DNA of 63,337 nucleotides, counting the filler, from Actinomycetota bacterium (lineage in GTDB: Bacteria > Actinomycetota > Acidimicrobiia > Spongiisociales > UBA4744): NCBI GenBank assembly GCA_013152275.1. It is 3 parts of 3 records of this genome, joined end to end, with 100 filler letters (N's around TTAATTAATTAA, not from the genome) between each part and the next. Parts side by side here need not be neighbours in the genome. Positions count along the whole stretch, not along the records: positions 31,202 to 57,595 come from JAADGS010000089.1; positions 57,696 to 63,337 come from JAADGS010000004.1; 1 more part is not named here. One strand, written 5' to 3'. The translations under genes and the position numbers were made by a program. The notes beneath the pieces are model-generated. The model did not search any database. It saw only the letters and a program-made list of their open reading frames with translations, and was not told the origin of the DNA. Shown piece by piece: positions 56,735 through 63,337 of this stretch. The stretch's first letter is position 1; each line of letters starts with the position of its first letter.

Positions 56735-57337
56735 TCACGCCGGTAGCTTCGCCAGCCCCTTGCGGGCCGCGCTGCGAACCCAGGCGCGCCCATCCGCGAG
56801 CTTGCCTTCCAATGCTGATCGAGCGCTCGGCGCCTTCAGTTTGGCAAGTGCCTTCACCGCCTGCCCATCGACCTCAGGATCATCGACGAGATCGAGCAAC
56901 ACCTCGACAGCGTCCAGTCTCTTCGACTTCCCCAACGCCAGGACGATCATCTGCCGCGCCTTACCGAACCGAACATCACGCGCCAGGTCAGCAAAGGCGT
57001 CGAAATCAGCGTCAACGAACAACACCTCCAGAGCGTTACCGATCGTCCACCGCAAACCTGTCCCGGTCGGATCGGCCGAAGCCTCAAGCTGGCGGAACTG
57101 CTCAAGCAGTGGCCCCGTCGCGAGCGGCTTGGCCCAGGGCACCGACAGCGCCCGCACGATCTCGCCCTTCACCTTCACGTCGGTAACCCGAACCAGCCAG
57201 TCGACCAAGACCGGTATGGCCTCGCGATAACGGGCTCCCGAGTGCCTGAGATCCGCAAGCGATCTCGATGTGAAGCCGGCGGCCGCCAGATCCACCAAGA
57301 TAGGTTCCTCGCCAGGTGCCGGTGGTGCCGAACTCAT
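56735..57337 (-). CDS. HEAT-repeat protein, probable immunity protein
   Basis: Repeated helical A-L units; directly downstream of the toxin domain. Confidence 0.8.
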   Translation of the reverse strand: MSSAPPAPGEEPILVDLAAAGFTSRSLADLRHSGARYREAIPVLVDWLVRVTDVKVKGEIVRALSVPWAKPLATGPLLEQFRQLEASADPTGTGLRWTIGNALEVLFVDADFDAFADLARDVRFGKARQMIVLALGKSKRLDAVEVLLDLVDDPEVDGQAVKALAKLKAPSARSALEGKLADGRAWVRSAARKGLAKLPA

Positions 57338-57362
57338 CAGGGCAAACTCCGGATCAAGTTGA

Positions 57363-57593
57363 TCACCCTACATCAACAGCCGTCTGCAGCGGCCCCGACA
57401 GCTGCGTCGAACCACGCACATATAGGTTGAACGTCAAGCCCTCCTGCTGGGCATAGACAGCGAAATCGCGCAACTGGTTCGTGTAGCTCAGACTGCCAAC
57501 GTTCTTCACCTCGCCCAAGACCATGGCGTTCAACTCATCCGGGATCCGGTAGGAGGCCGTGCCGCTCAGCGAAGGGATGCGATCGGTGTTCCT
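57363..57593 (-). CDS. Partial polymorphic toxin C-terminus, Tox-REase-7-like nuclease
   Basis: Hand-translated YRIPDELN..GEVKNV..LSYTNQLRDF..YA..FNLYVR..LSGPL; truncated by the contig end. Confidence 0.8.
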   Translation of the reverse strand, partial: RNTDRIPSLSGTASYRIPDELNAMVLGEVKNVGSLSYTNQLRDFAVYAQQEGLTFNLYVRGSTQLSGPLQTAVDVG

Positions 57594-57595
57594 GA

Positions 57596-57695
57596 NNNNN
57601 NNNNNNNNNNNNNNNNNNNNNNNNNNNNNNNNNNNNNNNTTAATTAATTAANNNNNNNNNNNNNNNNNNNNNNNNNNNNNNNNNNNNNNNNNNNN
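57596..57695. other. Artificial contig linker
   Basis: N-run, TTAATTAATTAA, N-run. Confidence 0.99.
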
Positions 57696-57756
57696 CAAAG
57701 CCGCTGCGGTACTTTCCCCCCAACGGTCGCTTCGCTCCCTGGGGGGACCAATAGCC
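57696..57756 (+). repeat. ~60-bp dispersed repeat, copy 1
   Basis: Close match to 63276-63337; CCCCC...GGGGGG stem. Confidence 0.85.
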
Positions 57757-57829
57757 GCCCCACGGTCTTGCATCGATGCCGCGTCGCGCCACGAAGTACG
57801 AGAAGAACCGAGCCGCCGGTCCGCGCACC

Positions 57830-58177
57830 CTATTGAAGGTCTTCGATACTCAGGACAGGAATCTGCTCGTCGTGAGGAAGGTCGGCGTTGATGAGCCCGA
57901 TCTCGGCGTTCAACGCCTCGACACGTTCTCGTCGCTCCGTGTCGCCGGCGAACCGAGCGAACTTCTCTTTCCTGATCCGTCTGCGCAGTTCCCACGCCGC
58001 ATCCTGAGCCCGGGCCCGCCGGACCCAGGCGCGTGCCCACCACGCAGGGTCGTAGTTGCCGTCGAGTCCTGGAATCGGTCGGCCGGCTCCCTCGAGATCG
58101 TCGAACTCCCCGCGCTCCACCGCCTCGCGGATCTCACGCTCCACAAGGAACTCGGGTTCAGACCGCGTCACGTCCAC
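57830..58177 (-). CDS. DUF1992 domain protein
   Basis: VEREIREAVERGEFDDLEGAGRP..WW; start uncertain. Confidence 0.82.
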   Translation of the reverse strand: MDVTRSEPEFLVEREIREAVERGEFDDLEGAGRPIPGLDGNYDPAWWARAWVRRARAQDAAWELRRRIRKEKFARFAGDTERRERVEALNAEIGLINADLPHDEQIPVLSIEDLQ

Positions 58178-58181
58178 GAAC

Positions 58182-58496
58182 TCACTCGAGGACGACGCCG
58201 GTCCCATAGGCAAGGATCTCCGAGGCATTCTGCATCACCATCGATGTCGAGAACCGCATACTGACGATGGCGTTTGCACCCTGCTGCTCCGCATCTTCGA
58301 CCATCCGCGCGAGCGCCTGCTCACGCGACTCCCCCATCATCTTCGTGTACTCGACGATCTCGCCCCCGACCATGTTGCGAAACGCCGCCATGATGTCCTT
58401 GCCGACGTGCCGCGCCCGAATCGTGTTGCCCTTGACCAGGCCCACCGTCTTGGCGATCGTGCGGCCTTCGATCGTATCCGCCGTGGTGATGATCAT
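58182..58496 (-). CDS. YbjQ/UPF0145 family protein
   Basis: VGGEIVEYT..REQALARM..GANAI..AYGT. Confidence 0.92.
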   Translation of the reverse strand: MIITTADTIEGRTIAKTVGLVKGNTIRARHVGKDIMAAFRNMVGGEIVEYTKMMGESREQALARMVEDAEQQGANAIVSMRFSTSMVMQNASEILAYGTGVVLE

Positions 58497-58705
58497 TGCC
58501 GAACCTCCTTGAAGTCGTCCGTCTGCGCTGTCGACAGGCGGTCGTTCACCACGATGCCGATGAGGATGAGCGCCCCGAGGCCGATCGCTCCGACCGCTGC
58601 TCTGACGAATACGGGGATCTCGTTCGCAAGGAAGAAGCCCTTCACCGACCAGCCGACGAGGGCCAGGACCCCGGCCCCGATGAGGACATACGCGACTCTC
58701 TGCAT
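58493..58705 (-). CDS. Small two-TM membrane protein
   Basis: GGAGG SD; two hydrophobic helices; ATGA overlap with ybjQ-like gene. Confidence 0.75.
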   Translation of the reverse strand: MQRVAYVLIGAGVLALVGWSVKGFFLANEIPVFVRAAVGAIGLGALILIGIVVNDRLSTAQTDDFKEVRQ

Positions 58706-58792
58706 CGTTGCACCTCCTGTCTCCAGACTACGCTCCACGACGGCGGCCGGCGGCAGGTCGCCGGTGCCCGCCGCCGAGAACCGGGGGTCCGC

Positions 58793-60070
58793 TCAGCCTT
58801 CCGGGTTCATGACCCTGCCGAGGAAGAGCAGGGCGCCGGTGGGTACGTCCCGAAGGGCGAAGATGAACGGCCGGTCGATCGTCAGCCTCGCCTCTTCGAG
58901 CGGCGCGGACGTTGCTCGCATCACCACTCCGGTGGCGGCAGCCGCCTCCGTTCCCTCCTCGTCCACCGCGATGTACGCCTCGTGAACCACGTCGCCGATG
59001 TACAGCGTCTCTTCGGTGGTCATGCCCGAAAAGTCCGCCGTGCGCTGATCGAATGCGGTGTGCATCCCGAGGTCGCGAAGCGCCGTGTTCAACCCGGCTT
59101 GGGTACGGAGCTTGAATCTCGGAATGGTCAGCGACACCGAGGTTTGCGCCCCGGAAAGACTCGCGACGGCGTCGTCGAGCAGACCACGACCGAGCCGCCC
59201 TTCGACGTCGGTGAACCGTCCCTCGTCCGGAACCACGACGAGCATCGCCAGATCCTCGCCAACATATGGCATCTGCACCGCCTGCCAGCCGTCCCCCGTC
59301 CCATACGAGAAAGAACTCGTCTGATGCATCATCGGCACGTTCACACGGTTGCCATCGAGCAGGGTGAACGGCCCGTCGGTTGTGTCATTCGGATCGAACT
59401 GGTGCTCCCAGGTGGCATCCAGATAGACGGCGTTGACGAGCACGAGTCTGGTCAGCGAGTCGAGCGCGCCTCGGGGGACGAGATCGAGGATGTTGTCGTT
59501 GGTTTCACTCGCGACCCACTCGTTGATCTGGATGCGAGCCTGCTCGGCCGCGGTCTTGAAATCGACCAGTCGCATGCCGGAGCCGTAGTCGGCGCCGAGC
59601 GTATCGAGGAACGGCTGTTCGAAGGTCACGCCCTGCTGTCCCCACAGGCTGTTGGCGGTGCTGAGTTGGACCCCCTCATCACCCTCGGTGAAGCTACGTG
59701 ACTCGAGGGCGAGGTCGAGTGCATTCATCGCCTGGTGGAAGGCCTCGTCGTCGAGTTCCACATGCAGTACACGCGCCATCTCTTCTGCGGTCACACCTCT
59801 GGCACCGATGTAGGTCATCGCCAGCGCAGTGACGATGCTTGCCGGTGAGAAGACGAGGTTGCCGTCACCCGTGGCCAGCATGGCGTACAGATTGGTGCCG
59901 AACGCCTCCATGCCTGAGGCAACCGATGCCACATCGCCAGGGCTCACCTCCATCGTGGCCCGGGGAACGTCCGACATCGCCATCGCAACCGATGGAGATG
60001 CTTTTGTCCCGCTACATGCGCTCGTGACGAGCACGACGGCCAAAACCGGCAAGAACAGCTTGCCTCTCAT
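58793..60070 (-). CDS. Serpin-family lipoprotein
   Basis: Lipobox TSAC, NLVFSP, LVNAVY, EEGTEAAAAT, DRPFIF, LFLGRV.NP. Confidence 0.95.
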   Translation of the reverse strand: MRGKLFLPVLAVVLVTSACSGTKASPSVAMAMSDVPRATMEVSPGDVASVASGMEAFGTNLYAMLATGDGNLVFSPASIVTALAMTYIGARGVTAEEMARVLHVELDDEAFHQAMNALDLALESRSFTEGDEGVQLSTANSLWGQQGVTFEQPFLDTLGADYGSGMRLVDFKTAAEQARIQINEWVASETNDNILDLVPRGALDSLTRLVLVNAVYLDATWEHQFDPNDTTDGPFTLLDGNRVNVPMMHQTSSFSYGTGDGWQAVQMPYVGEDLAMLVVVPDEGRFTDVEGRLGRGLLDDAVASLSGAQTSVSLTIPRFKLRTQAGLNTALRDLGMHTAFDQRTADFSGMTTEETLYIGDVVHEAYIAVDEEGTEAAAATGVVMRATSAPLEEARLTIDRPFIFALRDVPTGALLFLGRVMNPEG

Positions 60071-60176
60071 CGCCACCTCCTCTACTCAAGGTTCGACGAT
60101 GAGCATGGGCTCGAGGTTCCCCTCCGACGCGAGTAGGCCCACCTCCGGTGGGCTCACTCACGTCAGAACGGACGGG

Positions 60177-60665
60177 TCAGGACTCGCTGCCGCGCAGACC
60201 GCTGAGCCCTCCTGCAATCACCAGCACCGTGCCGATGATCAAGATGAAGAACCCGATCCCCGGACTGACGGTATATGCCTCGGGAATCATGCCGCCGGCC
60301 GCCGCCCGCGCCATCCCCGCCTGCATCGTCTCAGCCAAGTTCAAGGCGTCGAGATACTTGACGACCGAGTACGCGAGCAAGGCGACGCCGATCACCGCGG
60401 TGACCAGTGACGACGATCTACTCATCGCAGCGCTGCGCACACCGAGAAGAGCCAGAACCACCACGGTCACGATCAGGATGACGAGCACGATCTGTGCCCA
60501 TGTGGCGAGCCCTCCCCAGATCGTCGGGACGCCGACCGGGAACGCCGGATCCGCCGTATGAAGTGCCGGGAGCATGTTCGCTCCAGGCGTTGTCAAGGCC
60601 TTCAGGAACAGACCGATGATCCCGATGACTACTCCGGCAAGTGCCAATAATCGACCAGTGTGCAT
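60177..60665 (-). CDS. Four-TM membrane protein
   Basis: GGAGGGAG SD; four hydrophobic segments. Confidence 0.75.
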   Translation of the reverse strand: MHTGRLLALAGVVIGIIGLFLKALTTPGANMLPALHTADPAFPVGVPTIWGGLATWAQIVLVILIVTVVVLALLGVRSAAMSRSSSLVTAVIGVALLAYSVVKYLDALNLAETMQAGMARAAAGGMIPEAYTVSPGIGFFILIIGTVLVIAGGLSGLRGSES

Positions 60666-60911
60666 GGCTTTCTCCCTCCACTCCGCGTCGCTGCTGATCC
60701 TAGGCTAGGCCTCCGCACCCCCCGGATGCCTGGAAAACCGACGGAGTTGCACTTTTGTGAATCCTCACCGATACGACCCCATGTGGCGTGTTCCCTCCCT
60801 TGCACGACCCGGACGGGCTCGATTCCTGGCGGGAGCGGACCGGTCGATGACCGACCGCCGCGGCCGCCCACCTGCCATCCATGGTCCTGCGCCGACCGGC
60901 CCGGGATCGGT

Positions 60912-63137
60912 TCATGCCGGGTGGAGCCGAACCTCGACGGGGATTGCCGTGAGCACCGCGTTGCCTGAGAGCGGATCCATCGTGCCGGGGCTGAGTCGAT
61001 TCGAGTTCACTCCCGGTCGCCTCGCAGCAACGCTCAGTCCGGTCCCGTCGAGGTCATGTCCCCACCCGTGGGGCAGACTCACGACACCGGGCATGATCGC
61101 CTCGGTGACGTCGGCGGGAACGGTCACGGTGCCCGCCTGCGATGTCACGGAGACGGACACTCCTTGACCGATACCGAGACGTTCCGCGTCGCCGGGATGG
61201 ATCTGCAGGGTGCAGCGCTCCTTGCCCTTCACGAGGATGTCCAGGTTGTGCATCCATGAGTTGTTGCTGCGGAGATCCCGTCTCCCGACCAGCAGCAGGC
61301 CGTCGGAAAGAGGAGCATCGAGGGCAGCCTCCAGTCGAGGTATGTCGGCCAGCAGAGTCTCCGGGGCAAGCTCGATCTTCCCCGATGGCGTCGCCAGGGC
61401 ATCGGGAAACCGTGGCTGCATCGGACCCAGGTCGATGCCGTGGGGATGGTCCCGCAGTTTTCGGAGCGTCAGGCCCTCCAGGTTCTGGCCGTACGCATCA
61501 CCGTACGGGCCGGTGCGAACGAGGAAGTCGAGGATCCGGTCCGGTCCACTCCCGCCCTCCGTCGCCGCACCGACCTCGGCGCCACTCCGACCGAATACGG
61601 CAGATGCTTCGTCTCCGATCGCGGCGCCGACCAATGTGGTGAACACCAGATCGTCGAACGGTTGGATATCGGCGTCAGGTGGCATCCCCGCAACGATGGC
61701 GGCCAGACGGAGCAGTATCTCCCATTCGTCTGGCATGCCGTCAGGGATCGGGAGGACCGGAGGCGAGTAGTTGGCCACGTTGCGGACTGCGAATCCGAGA
61801 AACGCGAAGTCGTAGTGGGCGTGATTCAACGGTGACGGGGCAGGAAGGATCACATCGGCGTGACGCGTGGTCTCGTTGCGATAGATGTCGACACTCACCA
61901 TGAAATCGAGCCCTGAGATTGCAGCATCGAAACGCTCGCTCTCCGGTACGGTAAGGACCGGATTACCGCCGACGGTGATCAGTGCCCGGACCTGCCCCTC
62001 ACCGTCCGTTTCAATCTCCTCTGCGAGCGTCGAAACGGGAAGTTCGCCACGCACTTCCGGCAATCCCTTGACACGGCTGTGCCAGCGCCCGGTCCGAAAG
62101 CCTCCTCGTTTCCGTGGTCGCTCGTGAGCAGCGCGAGGAAACATCGCTCCGCCGATTTCGTCGAGGTTGCCAGTCAGGATGTTGATCACGTCGACGAGCC
62201 AGGCGGCAAGCGAACCGAACTCGGTCGTGTGTGTGCCGATCCTCCCGTACACTGCGGCCGTCTCCGCCTGGGCCAGTTCATGGGCGATACGTCGAGTCGT
62301 CTCGGCGTCGATTCTGCAGGTCGCTTCGACTCGTTCGGGGCTGAACCGAGCGGCGACTCGTGCGATGTCATCGAGGCCGGTGCATGCCTCCTCCAAACGT
62401 CCCGGTGTGACCAGGTTCTCGTCGACGAGTGTGTGCACGATGGCGAACAGCCACAAGGCGTCGGTACCGGGACGAATGAACAGATGCTCGTCGGCGAACT
62501 CGGCCGTCCGGGTCCGCCGGGGATCGACGACGACGACCTTGCCTCCGCGCCGACGAATGCCCTCGAGCCGTCCCGGCCAGTCAGGAGCCGTCGCAAGGCT
62601 GCCGTTGGAGGCGTGGGGGTTTGCTCCAAGCATGAGCAGATAGCCGGTGCGATCCAGATCCGGCACCGGGATCAAGTCGGGATGACCAAACATGAGCCCG
62701 CACGACAGGTGCTTCGGCATCTGGTCCACCGTTGAGGCCGTGAAGACGTTCTTGGATCCCAAGGCTTTGACGAGTGCCCGGCCGTAGATGGGGCCGCTCA
62801 TGTTGTGGGCATTCGGATTGCCCAGGTAGACGGCCACGGCATCGCGGCCGTGTTCCGCAAGGATCGGTTGCAGACCCGCGGCTACGTGCGCGAACGCCTC
62901 TTCCCAGGTCGCCGCCTCAAAGCCGCCATCGCGCCTGATCAAGGGTGTTCGCAGCCGATCGGAGTCGGCGTGGAGCTGCTTCAGGGAAGACCCCTTCGGA
63001 CAGATGAACCCGTGGCTGAACACGTCGTCACGATCGCCGCGAATCCTCACCACCTCGTCACCGTCGATCGAGATCTCGAGTCCGCAGGTTGCCTCACAGA
63101 GCGGGCAGGTTCGGTAGACGGTTGTTCGTGTCGACAC
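60912..63137 (-). CDS. Molybdopterin oxidoreductase family protein
   Basis: CPLCEATCG..CPKG Fe-S motif, VDPRRT, NETTRHADVILP, NNSWMHN, C-terminal MGD-binding domain. Confidence 0.93.
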   Translation of the reverse strand: MSTRTTVYRTCPLCEATCGLEISIDGDEVVRIRGDRDDVFSHGFICPKGSSLKQLHADSDRLRTPLIRRDGGFEAATWEEAFAHVAAGLQPILAEHGRDAVAVYLGNPNAHNMSGPIYGRALVKALGSKNVFTASTVDQMPKHLSCGLMFGHPDLIPVPDLDRTGYLLMLGANPHASNGSLATAPDWPGRLEGIRRRGGKVVVVDPRRTRTAEFADEHLFIRPGTDALWLFAIVHTLVDENLVTPGRLEEACTGLDDIARVAARFSPERVEATCRIDAETTRRIAHELAQAETAAVYGRIGTHTTEFGSLAAWLVDVINILTGNLDEIGGAMFPRAAHERPRKRGGFRTGRWHSRVKGLPEVRGELPVSTLAEEIETDGEGQVRALITVGGNPVLTVPESERFDAAISGLDFMVSVDIYRNETTRHADVILPAPSPLNHAHYDFAFLGFAVRNVANYSPPVLPIPDGMPDEWEILLRLAAIVAGMPPDADIQPFDDLVFTTLVGAAIGDEASAVFGRSGAEVGAATEGGSGPDRILDFLVRTGPYGDAYGQNLEGLTLRKLRDHPHGIDLGPMQPRFPDALATPSGKIELAPETLLADIPRLEAALDAPLSDGLLLVGRRDLRSNNSWMHNLDILVKGKERCTLQIHPGDAERLGIGQGVSVSVTSQAGTVTVPADVTEAIMPGVVSLPHGWGHDLDGTGLSVAARRPGVNSNRLSPGTMDPLSGNAVLTAIPVEVRLHPA

Positions 63138-63275
63138 ACGGTCCTCCCTCATGCAGATCGGTCCAGAGCCTCGTGGTCGGTGCCGACGATCTCCGTCCGT
63201 GCCCGAGCAGCATATCGTCAAACTCCTCCTTGGAGCCCGCCGGGCACTTCGTGGTGCGCATCCCCTACGCCGGCG

Positions 63276-63337
63276 CAAAGCCGCTACGGCACCTTCCCCC
63301 CTACGGTCGCTTCGCTCCCTTGGGGGGACCAATAGAC
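63276..63337 (+). repeat. ~60-bp dispersed repeat, copy 2
   Basis: Direct repeat of 57696-57756. Confidence 0.85.

Overview
High-GC actinobacterial sequence (most consistent with Acidimicrobiia, by inference from gene content). It consists of three contigs joined by artificial N-TTAATTAATTAA-N linkers at 31102-31201 and 57596-57695. Contig 1 opens with the probable right end of an island integrated at tRNA-Asn. It then carries an orphan cytochrome b6-like operon, a candidate GxGD intramembrane protease, gltBD between IS remnants, an ArsR-rhodanese/DsrE/SQR-like sulfur cluster, and a full ilvBNC-leuA-leuB / ilvD / leuCD cluster with two leader-peptide controls. It ends with a GerMN lipoprotein and a propeller-NlpC/P60 protein. 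Contig 2 carries housekeeping and envelope genes, an ArsR-CDF-P1B ATPase metal-efflux operon, a Met/His-rich two-component locus, a Rieske-ccdA-ccmFH-TlpA cluster, and a Tox-REase-7 toxin/HEAT-repeat immunity locus at the contig end. Contig 3 carries a serpin lipoprotein, YbjQ and DUF1992 genes and a molybdopterin oxidoreductase, bounded by two copies of a ~60-bp repeat. The most unusual items are the Rieske-less b6-type cytochrome with a subunit-IV-like partner and two tiny membrane proteins, and a Leu-rich leader ORF coupled to the ilvC stop codon upstream of leuA. All assignments come from reading motifs by eye; no database searches were run.
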